Positions 1-9,152 of a DNA stretch of 64,000 nt are shown piece after piece (positions within the stretch are counted from its first letter, which is position 1; each line of letters starts with the position of its first letter). This DNA is from a virus, in IMG/VR virus record IMGVR_UViG_3300017963_000228, positions 24,663-88,662 of that record, one strand, 5' to 3'. The notes beneath the pieces are model-generated. The model saw nothing but the letters and a program-made list of their open reading frames with translations. It ran no database searches and was not told the origin of the DNA. The position numbers were made by a program, and so were the translations under genes.

Positions 1-217
1 TCCCTGCCACAAATTTTAACCAAATAGATGTTACTGCTGGACTAAGAATATCTGCTGATGTTATATACCCACCTTCAGTTAAATCCATAGAACCGCGTAC
101 AAATTCAGAACGGCGTGTGTCTGTAACTCCAGTAGAAAATAAACTATTTTTACCAATTAAATTAAAACCAGTAACATTAAAATCAGCTAACTCTGTTCCC
201 CACCATAAAATAGACAT
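1..217 (-). CDS. Partial virion protein, paralogue of 240..1235 (runs off window)
   Basis: Hand translation MSILWWGTELADF...RRSEFVRGSM...SIWLKF aligns with MTILFAGGELEDI...VRSDFARCSL...TFWFSC; AGGA RBS upstream. Confidence 0.7.
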   Translation of the reverse strand, partial: MSILWWGTELADFNVTGFNLIGKNSLFSTGVTDTRRSEFVRGSMDLTEGGYITSADILSPAVTSIWLKFVAG

Positions 218-239
218 TTTAAAAAATTCCTCTATAAAA

Positions 240-1235
240 TTATACAGGTGTTTTACTTCTAATAGTTAATTGAAGTGCATCTATTTCAGCCGGAGTAAAA
301 CGATTAGATGTTTCTGGATTAACTTGATATAATACTGAATAATTAAAATAGTAACCATCCAAATTTTCAACACTGCCAAGATGTATAACTCCATTGGTTT
401 TAATACCAACCTGTAAACTAATTCCACCGGAAACACCACCATCGGCAGCATAACAATTTATTTTAAGTGCTTTACAAATAAACTCTCCTTCTGGTGGCAT
501 TCCTGTTACAGCACATTGAAAATCCTGATCAACTGTATCTGTATGAATAATCTCAAGTACATCTACATTTATATCATCAACGTAATCATAACTGTTATTC
601 CATTGATTCACATCTCCAGCAGCATTTGGAACTAAAGTTTTAAGACTCATTAAACGAGTATCTTCATCAGCAATAATTATTTCTGAAAATTCTGGTTGAT
701 AAGTATTACCATAATAATAATATGGAAATATATGTATATTTGTTAAATCCGTAACACCAGAAACGGTAACATCACCAATATAATTTGATGCCAAAACACC
801 ATTTATATAAAAACGAATAAAACCAGAAGAACTATAATTAACATTAACATCTATTTTATAAGGAATACCGGGAGTAGATTGTCCAATAAATGCCGGTGGT
901 GCTACAGGTGTATTCAAATCTGTATGTGCAGAACCATCCCATGTTGTAAAATACACCGCATAATTTTCATCAATACGTACAGTTAAACCCTTCTCAGAAG
1001 AATCTTCAAAACGGAAAATAGTAACACCATCTTGTTGAGTAGATTTAGAATATTGACAACTAAACCAAAATGTATTTGTAGATAATGGAATATGAATATA
1101 AGAACTACTGCTATTCATCGCCAAAGAACATCTGGCAAAATCTGATCTTACAGCATTGCCCGGACTTTCAAATTGTATTAATCCTATAGCATCTTCAATA
1201 TCTTCTAATTCACCACCAGCAAATAAAATAGTCAT
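240..1235 (-). CDS. Putative virion lectin-like (ConA/LamG-like beta-sandwich) protein
   Basis: Beta-rich; YKIDVNV...GFIRFYING and EFSEIIIAD motifs; paralogous to 2241..3278. Confidence 0.55.
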   Translation of the reverse strand: MTILFAGGELEDIEDAIGLIQFESPGNAVRSDFARCSLAMNSSSSYIHIPLSTNTFWFSCQYSKSTQQDGVTIFRFEDSSEKGLTVRIDENYAVYFTTWDGSAHTDLNTPVAPPAFIGQSTPGIPYKIDVNVNYSSSGFIRFYINGVLASNYIGDVTVSGVTDLTNIHIFPYYYYGNTYQPEFSEIIIADEDTRLMSLKTLVPNAAGDVNQWNNSYDYVDDINVDVLEIIHTDTVDQDFQCAVTGMPPEGEFICKALKINCYAADGGVSGGISLQVGIKTNGVIHLGSVENLDGYYFNYSVLYQVNPETSNRFTPAEIDALQLTIRSKTPV

Positions 1236-1252
1236 AATAAATACCTTTCTAT

Positions 1253-2002
1253 TTACTTACGATTACCTTTCAAGGTAATTCCAACATCAGCCAAAGTCGC
1301 ATCAGCCGATGCCGGGGCAGTAATGGAAACCACATCTCCATCATTCAAATCAACGGCATTATTAAAGGTAAAACTACCTGAAGTCTGACCTGTCAAAATA
1401 GTAGCTGTTCCTTTAGAAACCCCATTCACCTTTATATCAAAATCAGCCTGTGCCGATGGTGATGTTCCACATTTTATTTGACTATAAAAAAGTTTTTTAG
1501 GCAGTTCAATATCTTCTCCACCAACTACCACATGAAAAAGAATTACCTGTTCATCTTCAAATGTTCCCGGCGCACTAACACCGATTACATAAAGATTACT
1601 TAATTTGGAAGGTTTTGCTGGAGTTTCTTCAGCATCAATTACACCTGTTGCACCATTCCAATAAACAGAACCAACAGGAACCTGATTTGCCAAATTCCAA
1701 ATGGTTTGAGATGCTGAAAGAACTCCATCAATATCGTAAGAAAAATACCATTGACCCGCTACGTCATCAATCACTACAAAATCTTCTTCCGTTTTTTCAT
1801 AACGCACACCAAATGCATAAAAAATAAATGAATCACCAACAGGGGTAATAGAAAATTTACGGGTAGGATCATCAAAGGCAAGAGTACTGGCAGCAGGATC
1901 AACAAAACCAGTGGAATCATTTACTTCATTATAATTATTAATTACATTTGTTATTTCAGTTCCACCACCACCACCGCCCAGCATATTAATAGAAGTTGGC
2001 AT
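1253..2002 (-). CDS. Putative tail fibre-associated structural protein
   Basis: Poly-Gly N-terminus; beta-sandwich C-terminus (FDIKVNG...GDVVSITAP...VGITLKG); GGAG RBS. Confidence 0.5.
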   Translation of the reverse strand: MPTSINMLGGGGGGTEITNVINNYNEVNDSTGFVDPAASTLAFDDPTRKFSITPVGDSFIFYAFGVRYEKTEEDFVVIDDVAGQWYFSYDIDGVLSASQTIWNLANQVPVGSVYWNGATGVIDAEETPAKPSKLSNLYVIGVSAPGTFEDEQVILFHVVVGGEDIELPKKLFYSQIKCGTSPSAQADFDIKVNGVSKGTATILTGQTSGSFTFNNAVDLNDGDVVSITAPASADATLADVGITLKGNRK

Positions 2003-2016
2003 TTTGAATCTCCTTT
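1993..2016. repeat. 24-bp direct repeat copy 1 (RBS + start of 1253..2002)
   Basis: aagttggcattttgaatctccttt identical at 1993-2016 and 3709-3732. Confidence 0.85.
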
Positions 2017-2023
2017 TAAATAA

Positions 2024-2227
2024 TTAAATAATAACAGTCAATAAAGGTTTTACCCCTGAAGATACTTTACTCAATACTTCTATACATACATTAGATAAAT
2101 TTACATCTAAATTGGTATCACCAGAACGCATAATTTCAATAAATGATTGTGAAAGACGTGCATCTAAATCGGGATCACCAGAACGTAAAGTTTCAATAAT
2201 TGTTTGAGAAACATATGCATCTGCCAT
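2024..2227 (-). CDS. Small structural protein with three internal repeats
   Basis: VSQTIIETLRSGD / LSQSFIEIMRSGD / LSNVCIEVLSK. Confidence 0.6.
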   Translation of the reverse strand: MADAYVSQTIIETLRSGDPDLDARLSQSFIEIMRSGDTNLDVNLSNVCIEVLSKVSSGVKPLLTVII

Positions 2228-2240
2228 TTAAAACACCCCT

Positions 2241-3278
2241 TTATGTTGTTACCTTTACGCCAGCTTCAAATGCATTGATATCTGTTTCTTCCCATACACT
2301 GGAATCATCAGGATTTAACTCCCAAACCTCTCCAAAAAATTCATGTTCTACTGATAAAATAGTATTAGATGAATAAGTATAATTAGTTCCATTAATACGA
2401 AATACTCCAGCTAATGTTCTTGCTGCCGCATCTGTTTTTCTTGCTTGATAATTTATTTTTATTCCATAAATAGTTTTTGTATAAGTAGTAACAGGAAGAT
2501 CTCCAAATGCGTATAATTCAATTTCATTCAAAGCATCCAGAGCTACATAATCAGTATCACCATTTGCATCTAATTCATCCACACATTCATAATTAGATCC
2601 TGCTGATGCTGTTCCATCATTTTGATTACCATTAGCCGTGGGATAAATAGCATCAACACGAACATTTCCAAGAAAATCATTATTTTCTGAACCAGAATTA
2701 TCACAAATATATATATCATCATACCGAGCTGCTCCACGACCAGAAAATCGTATTCTATTTATATATTCATTTGATCCGGTATTAAGTGTATCTATTCCAC
2801 TAAGCAAATATAAAGGCACACCATTTACTCTTGCCTGTATATATCCTGATGTATTACTCAATTTCATTTTTACTTCAAAAAAATTCCATTTTGATACATC
2901 AAATAAATTAGAATCAGAAGTATAAATTGTAGGATCATATGCACTTCCTTTTTTATAACTAACACTACCAGCCGGACCACTAAAAATTACAGTAGCTTGT
3001 TCATTATCATCATTATTACCAAAAGATATAGTCCAACTATATTCAGTGGTACCTCTTTTACATGCTATTCCAAATATAACTTCTTCATAATTAGAAGAAA
3101 AATATTTTACTAAATTAAAAGCAGTAGCAATAGAAAGATAGGCACATCTTCCAGAACCAAATCGTGTATCATTTGAATAATCAAAATAACTCGCTGACAA
3201 ACCACCATAATCATTAAAAAATGGATGAAGCATATTATTAGTTTGATTTTCAAATCCTGTGAAATCAATTAAAGACAT
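2241..3278 (-). CDS. Putative virion lectin-like (ConA/LamG-like) protein
   Basis: WNFFEVKM...GYIQARVNG...YDDIYICD...DFLGNVRV motifs; C-terminal NPDDSSVWEETDINAFEAGVKV. Confidence 0.6.
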   Translation of the reverse strand: MSLIDFTGFENQTNNMLHPFFNDYGGLSASYFDYSNDTRFGSGRCAYLSIATAFNLVKYFSSNYEEVIFGIACKRGTTEYSWTISFGNNDDNEQATVIFSGPAGSVSYKKGSAYDPTIYTSDSNLFDVSKWNFFEVKMKLSNTSGYIQARVNGVPLYLLSGIDTLNTGSNEYINRIRFSGRGAARYDDIYICDNSGSENNDFLGNVRVDAIYPTANGNQNDGTASAGSNYECVDELDANGDTDYVALDALNEIELYAFGDLPVTTYTKTIYGIKINYQARKTDAAARTLAGVFRINGTNYTYSSNTILSVEHEFFGEVWELNPDDSSVWEETDINAFEAGVKVTT

Positions 3279-3289
3279 AATAATACTCC

Positions 3290-3718
3290 TTATTTACGTT
3301 CTTCAACATAAATAGTAGCTTCAGCAGGAAACTCACAAATAACCTGATTTACATTATCACCAATAGGGATAATTCGTTCAGTATTCGGAAAAGATTTCAA
3401 GGGAGGAGTATTTGTTTTAGCATTCAAATAAACATTAACAATCTGATCAGATTGATTCAAAATAGAAATTGTATTCGTATAACGATTAATTGATACTGTC
3501 TGATCATCTCCCGGTCCCGTTGACGTAACTGTTGCTCCAGCAGCACTCAATGGATTATAAAAGGGAGCATCACTGGTCTTTGTCAAATTGGCATTTAAAA
3601 GAATATATTGTGTCTGTAGTGTCTTTCCCGCTTCAATCGTTATTGTACGGTCCATGCCATCTACTGTACGGATTTTTTCTTTAATCGTTGCGGAAGTGTT
3701 ATTCGTGTAAGTTGGCAT
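3290..3718 (-). CDS. Hypothetical (beta-rich, probably structural) protein
   Basis: 142-aa ORF with GGAG RBS. Confidence 0.55.
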   Translation of the reverse strand: MPTYTNNTSATIKEKIRTVDGMDRTITIEAGKTLQTQYILLNANLTKTSDAPFYNPLSAAGATVTSTGPGDDQTVSINRYTNTISILNQSDQIVNVYLNAKTNTPPLKSFPNTERIIPIGDNVNQVICEFPAEATIYVEERK

Positions 3719-3732
3719 TTTGAATCTCCTTT
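3709..3732. repeat. 24-bp direct repeat copy 2 (RBS + start of 3290..3718)
   Basis: Identical to 1993-2016. Confidence 0.85.
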
Positions 3733-3765
3733 CAAATGGTAAAAAAATTAATTGATTTTAATAAT

Positions 3766-3794
3766 ATTTTAAGCTAAAATTAAAAGTTTCGCAA
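3766..3794 (-). promoter_or_regulatory. Putative sigma70-type promoter for 3718 and downstream genes
   Basis: Minus strand TTGCGA-N17-TAAAAT in AT-rich intergenic gap. Confidence 0.4.
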
Positions 3795-3802
3795 TCCTTT
3801 TA

Positions 3803-4717
3803 TTAATTAGGACATAAATCCATAAGTTCCTGATATATAAGAACTTCACCAGCAATCATTTCTGGTGTTATCATTGTCATGCATGGTGGAAATCGTTGTT
3901 CATCATTTATTTTGTAACATTCTCCAATTTGAGTTTTCCAACATCCTTCATTTTCACAACAATCTAACTGACCAACACTACTCAAATAAGAGTGACCATT
4001 ATACTTCTCCCAAGATGGTTCTTCTCTACCTCCAGCTATTACAACACAAGGTTTATCAAATGCTGCGGCTAAATGCATTTGCATACTAATCGGTCCAATC
4101 ATGCCATCGGCATGATAAGCCAATGCAAAATATTCACGAAGATCATTAGTACGACCAATAAAATTATGAACACCATCCAATCGGGGATGAAGATGGTGTG
4201 AATGTCCTGTTTGTATAAGATGGATTCTACCATTTGTTTTCTCATTAATTATATTAACCACCTTTTGATACAGAGAAGGTGGATATTGTTTAAGAGGGAT
4301 ATCTGATTTTATACCAGCATTAATTAACCAATAAGGTTTTTTAATTCCATATTTACACAAAAAATGTTTTTCACTTTTTTCTGCTGGATGCAACTCAACA
4401 TGTGGAAATGGTGAAGATTTATGAATCTTAATTTTCAATATATTTTCTATCATCGTAATAAAACAGTCGGAAAAATGCATACCACTTCTACGAAACTCTT
4501 TTAAATACGGACCATAATCTAAATTATAATGGGGAACTTTTGGATCATTCTTTGGAATATAAGTTATATATGGATTTAAGAAAAATACTTCAGGGTAACA
4601 AGTAATAACATCAGTTTCATAAACAAAAGGATGTGTCTTATGAAGATCACGCAACGCGACAGTCAGCATTAAAAGATCACCGGGAGCTTGCATTTGTTGG
4701 AAGATAATTTTATTCAA
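3803..4717 (-). CDS. Glycosyltransferase family 9 (heptosyltransferase-like)
   Basis: N-terminal APGDLLMLTVALRDLHK; C-terminal FIGRTNDLRE...ISMQMHLAAAFDKPCVVIAGG and Cys-rich tail ending CMTMITPE; TTG start with GGAG RBS. Confidence 0.85.
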   Translation of the reverse strand: MNKIIFQQMQAPGDLLMLTVALRDLHKTHPFVYETDVITCYPEVFFLNPYITYIPKNDPKVPHYNLDYGPYLKEFRRSGMHFSDCFITMIENILKIKIHKSSPFPHVELHPAEKSEKHFLCKYGIKKPYWLINAGIKSDIPLKQYPPSLYQKVVNIINEKTNGRIHLIQTGHSHHLHPRLDGVHNFIGRTNDLREYFALAYHADGMIGPISMQMHLAAAFDKPCVVIAGGREEPSWEKYNGHSYLSSVGQLDCCENEGCWKTQIGECYKINDEQRFPPCMTMITPEMIAGEVLIYQELMDLCPN

Positions 4718-4741
4718 TTAAAAATCTCCTATTAATTTTAA

Positions 4742-5953
4742 TTACGCAACACGAATATATTTGTACATTCCTGATATCGGTTGACCTGAAAAATGTGGAA
4801 GTTGAAAATGAGTAGATCGATCATAAGGAGTACCAGTAGATCTATAAATTCCTCTACGCTCATTATAATAGGTAAAAAACACTACCCAATCATCAGTATT
4901 ATGACAAGCAGCAGTCTGACCGCCAATGTCAATTGGAAAGTTTTGCCAATTATATCCATCTTTACTAATCAAAATACCATTTCCAGAACTATTAAACATA
5001 ATAAAATGCTCACCAGTATGAATCATATCAAGAGGGCCAAAACTACCTCCTTCAATAAAAGCGGGTGGATAATAATGTGGAATCCAATTTTCTTGGGTTA
5101 TTGGATTCGCATCTTCATTAATCCAATAACGATGACAACCTGTATATGAATAAAGACCAAACCATTTTCCATCCAAATATCGTATAACATCTGGCCAAGA
5201 TTGGGAAACATCATAAAGCTGACCTTCAAATTTATCAGATCGTGATGACCAATTTATTCCATCAGACGTAGTGTAAAAATACAAACCATCATAAGCACCA
5301 GAAGCTTGATCAGCAGTTAATATAACTGTATAAGAACCACTTGAACCTAATGTATATACCTCCTCACCACTATAAGGTATAGAATAAGAAGTAAAAGAAG
5401 TCCCACTGGTAGAATAAAGATAATTTCCGGTATCATCATAATGAAAAACAAGAAAAGCTGAACCATCGTAAGTCATCCAACGCCAATTAGCAGAAGTAGG
5501 TAAATTAACTTGAGTCCAAGTTGCTCCATAATTATCTGAATAAGCCGCAATGCTGGAAGCAAATTGTACTGCTACAAAACGAGAACCATTATTAGCAAGA
5601 CAATACCATGTTCCTGACGATGGTAAATTTGTATTTGTACTCCATGTTTCACCACCATCATCAGAATGCCAAACCCAATTACCAGCACCGATTATTACAA
5701 TGTAATCTCCAATATTACTTATTGCTCTTATATAATTTGTATTATTAGCATCAACTGTAATGTATTCCCAACTATTCGTTCCCCATATTTTAGGATGCAA
5801 TTCTACATCTGGAGCAGCCACATAATCAGGGTAATTTGATTGAGATAGTATAGAACCATCGCATTTTAACCAATTGGAATTTGGGGGACCAACAGCATCA
5901 AGCATAAATCCAATTGGAAATTCATTTGATTGAACATTTAGTAAATCAGCCAT
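4742..5953 (-). CDS. Tail fibre / receptor-binding protein (split tail-collar around BNR beta-propeller)
   Basis: PIGF...NWLKCDGSILSQSNYP at N-terminus, THFQLP...YKYIRVA at C-terminus, SDDGGETW/SDGINW/SKDGYNW Asp-box repeats. Confidence 0.75.
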   Translation of the reverse strand: MADLLNVQSNEFPIGFMLDAVGPPNSNWLKCDGSILSQSNYPDYVAAPDVELHPKIWGTNSWEYITVDANNTNYIRAISNIGDYIVIIGAGNWVWHSDDGGETWSTNTNLPSSGTWYCLANNGSRFVAVQFASSIAAYSDNYGATWTQVNLPTSANWRWMTYDGSAFLVFHYDDTGNYLYSTSGTSFTSYSIPYSGEEVYTLGSSGSYTVILTADQASGAYDGLYFYTTSDGINWSSRSDKFEGQLYDVSQSWPDVIRYLDGKWFGLYSYTGCHRYWINEDANPITQENWIPHYYPPAFIEGGSFGPLDMIHTGEHFIMFNSSGNGILISKDGYNWQNFPIDIGGQTAACHNTDDWVVFFTYYNERRGIYRSTGTPYDRSTHFQLPHFSGQPISGMYKYIRVA

Positions 5954-7101
5954 TATTTTACCCTTATGTATTTTTTAAGTTTAGTTATGTGTGCATAATC
6001 CTGAATTGCTTCAGAACTTGGTAACTGAAAATAAGTAGATTCATCATAATAGAAATCTTTTTCAGCAATACATATGGTATCTTGATATCCATAAAGAATT
6101 AATTTTTCAGTGGTAGAATTATAAATAATATCGTAAAATTCACCATCATCTAATACATTAATTGGTTCCCATACTTTTCCTTGATCCATAGAATATGCAA
6201 AATTATAAGTACCCCAACCCACAATAAAATACATATTATCTACTTCACGTATACGATAAGGAGAAAATTGATATTCATTAACACTGCGATAATTATTTTT
6301 TTCCATCACACCGCACTTTTGGTATTCCCAAACTAATCCATCCGTAGAAAAACCAATTTCCCCTGTCTCTCCAGCACTTACAAATGTGCTATCAATAACA
6401 CTAACATTACGACACGTTGTTGGAGGAATAATTTTATAATCCCATGTCACACCACTATCTTCTGAATAAGCTAAATCACCACCAGAAGATAAAGCAAATA
6501 CAATATCGGCATTTGCTCCCATGGCATAATACGTATCAGATTTACAAGTTCCCACTGTAGCCCAAGTGATTCCATCAGTAGAACGAATCACTGTTCCTGA
6601 ATTATAACCCACTGCATAAAAATACGTTCCATCCCAAACAACATCATACCAAGTGCCAGATACATTAAGTGTTCTTTGAGTCCATGTAACACCATCTGAA
6701 GAAGTAACAGCTATAGCAGAACTCTTTTGTATTCCTAAAAAAATAGAACCATTCCAAATAACATTATAACAATAATTTGTATGTGCGGCTGTTCCTTCCG
6801 TCCAATTCTCTCCATCCGTAGAATAAAAAGCCTGATTAGAAGTTAAAGCCACATAATTCGTACCATTATAAGCAATACAAAACGGTCCCTCATAACTCCC
6901 TTCTTCAAAAGCTTGCTGAACTTGCCATCTACCAAAACGCAATGGATGTGGATTATCCATTAAAGAATAAAGAACAGGGTAATCAGCCTGTGCTAAAATA
7001 GAACCATCCAAAGGCAACCAGTTTTCATTCGGTGGCGCATACGCTTCAGCTATTGATCCAATAGGAAACACTTCTGATGATTGTATAGGATGAAGTAACA
7101 T
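5953..7101 (-). CDS. Tail fibre / receptor-binding protein (split tail-collar around BNR beta-propeller), paralogue of 4742..5953
   Basis: PIGSI...NWLPLDGSILAQADYP, STDGENW/SSDGVTW/STDGITW repeats, TYFQLP...KKYIRVK. Confidence 0.75.
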   Translation of the reverse strand: MLLHPIQSSEVFPIGSIAEAYAPPNENWLPLDGSILAQADYPVLYSLMDNPHPLRFGRWQVQQAFEEGSYEGPFCIAYNGTNYVALTSNQAFYSTDGENWTEGTAAHTNYCYNVIWNGSIFLGIQKSSAIAVTSSDGVTWTQRTLNVSGTWYDVVWDGTYFYAVGYNSGTVIRSTDGITWATVGTCKSDTYYAMGANADIVFALSSGGDLAYSEDSGVTWDYKIIPPTTCRNVSVIDSTFVSAGETGEIGFSTDGLVWEYQKCGVMEKNNYRSVNEYQFSPYRIREVDNMYFIVGWGTYNFAYSMDQGKVWEPINVLDDGEFYDIIYNSTTEKLILYGYQDTICIAEKDFYYDESTYFQLPSSEAIQDYAHITKLKKYIRVK

Positions 7102-7562
7102 TAAGTCACCCCCACATAAACTGAAATAGTATCACTGGCAGAAAGACTTGTTACATAAATTTTAATACTTTTAGCCCCAAAATCATTTGAATAAACAACA
7201 TTTGTTCCAATATAACGAGAACCATCAAGAATAGCTAAATTACTAATGGTTATTTCATTCGTATATCCAATCAAAGCATCAGCCGTATCATAGAATGCAA
7301 TTCTATATTTTGCATTTGCTGCATTATCATTAAATGTATTTTTACATATGATATAAAATCTACCTTGAACATCAATGTAGCTGGCTGATGGATAATGTCC
7401 CGTTGCTGATACGGCATCTAACTGTGGAGTGCTGGGAAGTGTAATAACACCCATCCCCTGTATAGCACGTTCAATCTGAACATTCGTAGAATTGATCGTT
7501 GCCTGTACAGAAGATACATTCTTACCTGATCCCTCTGTTACAGCAATATATGATTCAGACAT
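7101..7562 (-). CDS. Hypothetical structural protein
   Basis: 153-aa beta-rich ORF translationally coupled in the tail cluster. Confidence 0.55.
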   Translation of the reverse strand: MSESYIAVTEGSGKNVSSVQATINSTNVQIERAIQGMGVITLPSTPQLDAVSATGHYPSASYIDVQGRFYIICKNTFNDNAANAKYRIAFYDTADALIGYTNEITISNLAILDGSRYIGTNVVYSNDFGAKSIKIYVTSLSASDTISVYVGVT

Positions 7563-7574
7563 AATTATTCTCCA

Positions 7575-8078
7575 TTAAACATCTTGAGAATTAATGGAAT
7601 ACGTCACATTTAATACTTCCGCAGCAATAAATGGACGTGGTGTACTGAATCGGGTAGCACACCACATAATACCAACACCACTGGCATTATCCCCTTTTGT
7701 TGAAACATTCACCACATATGATCCATAAATTGTAGTGCTTACACCAGTAGATGCCGTAAACGAAACTTGATCACTTAATGTATGATTAGAAATTGAACCG
7801 GGAGTCCATGTAGGACGTGCCGTTTCATCATAAGAAGTGAACTCTGTTTGATCCGTACCAATATCAGCATAAACCCAACCAGCAGCAGGGGTAGAATCTG
7901 AGTTAAAAAGAGCAACATACCAAGAAGAATATGCCGTTCCTCCCAAAAAAATAACATCCAATGAATGATCAATGCCTTCATCAACCACAATGTTTGGAAT
8001 AACTTCCACCCATTTCAATTGACCATCAGGATAAAAACACTCAAATTTCCACCAATTATTTCGCAAACCACGTTTCAT
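7575..8078 (-). CDS. Tail-associated structural protein
   Basis: NIVVDEGIDHSLDV...WYVALF...TEFTSY...RPTW...EVLNVTY family motif; start moved to MKRGLR (GGAGGA RBS). Confidence 0.6.
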   Translation of the reverse strand: MKRGLRNNWWKFECFYPDGQLKWVEVIPNIVVDEGIDHSLDVIFLGGTAYSSWYVALFNSDSTPAAGWVYADIGTDQTEFTSYDETARPTWTPGSISNHTLSDQVSFTASTGVSTTIYGSYVVNVSTKGDNASGVGIMWCATRFSTPRPFIAAEVLNVTYSINSQDV

Positions 8079-8091
8079 AATTCTTCCTCCC

Positions 8092-8340
8092 TTAAAAACT
8101 GTGAATAACGTTCCAAGCACTATTATAATATACCTTTAACTGATCATTACCTGTATCAAGCCACTGCATTCCATCAGTAGGAGTTACATCAGGATAATTA
8201 TTAGTATGTCCCGGTGGATCACTGCTGGGAAAACCAAGCAATGCTGCTTCAATAATATCATAATTCAAATTTGCTTCCAAATCATAACGCAGTGTTTGAT
8301 AAGGAGGTTTTGAAAGATGAAACGCTGGAGTAAAAGCCAT
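8092..8340 (-). CDS. Small tail/fibre-associated protein
   Basis: TPTDGMQWLDTGNDQLKVYYNSAW motif typical of fibre domains. Confidence 0.55.
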   Translation of the reverse strand: MAFTPAFHLSKPPYQTLRYDLEANLNYDIIEAALLGFPSSDPPGHTNNYPDVTPTDGMQWLDTGNDQLKVYYNSAWNVIHSF

Positions 8341-8351
8341 TTTAAATCTCC

Positions 8352-9152
8352 TTAATCCTCATGATAAACCTTTAATGCATCCGTAAGTAAAGCTTTTGCA
8401 AAAGAATATGTGCCATTGCTATCTTTTACAAATACTTCTATTTCCACCTGATCTGAAAAAACACCCCCACTAAAAGAAACATTATTTGCTGCCGTTAAAG
8501 TATAAGTAGCGTCAGCATCAGGATCACCTGTATCCGTAATAGTGATAACTTGTTTCGTTAATCGATCTACATTATTAGGAGTCGTGCCATCAAGATATCT
8601 TGAATTACTTGGGCCATTAGGTTTCCAAATATGAATTTCAAAAGAGACAAGATTAGAAGCATCACCATCACCATAAGAAACAATAGCACCATACTCAGCA
8701 GCACCGTATCCATAAGATGGATCAACATTCGTGCGTGTTCTCCACGTAAATGTAATATCATGAGGATTATCAATTATATTATATCCAGTTAAATCAAAAC
8801 CAATTGTTTCATTACAAGTAATATTATTCGATAATGCTCTTTCTACCGTATCATTAAAGGCAATTGTTTCCACTAAATAAACATTAAAGGTATCATCACC
8901 TGAATCATTTAATCCAATAGTTTCTTCTAATAAAACACTAAATGCCGATTCTGATGAATCTCCCAATCCAATTGTTTCAGTTATTTCTTCAAATTTAATT
9001 TCAACCGGGATTCCACGAAGACCAATTGTATCCTCAACCAAAACAGATGATGAAGCAATGGATAAAGTTTCACCAAATCCTATTGATTCATCAATAACAA
9101 CATCAAGTCCCGGTCCTTCACCACCTTCTAATGTGAATTTAAGTACATGCAT
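8352..9152 (-). CDS. Fibre-like protein with ~20-aa E(T/S)IG repeats
   Basis: DESIGFGE, EDTIGLRG, TETIGLGD, EETIGLND, VETIAFND, NETIGFD. Confidence 0.55.
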   Translation of the reverse strand: MHVLKFTLEGGEGPGLDVVIDESIGFGETLSIASSSVLVEDTIGLRGIPVEIKFEEITETIGLGDSSESAFSVLLEETIGLNDSGDDTFNVYLVETIAFNDTVERALSNNITCNETIGFDLTGYNIIDNPHDITFTWRTRTNVDPSYGYGAAEYGAIVSYGDGDASNLVSFEIHIWKPNGPSNSRYLDGTTPNNVDRLTKQVITITDTGDPDADATYTLTAANNVSFSGGVFSDQVEIEVFVKDSNGTYSFAKALLTDALKVYHED

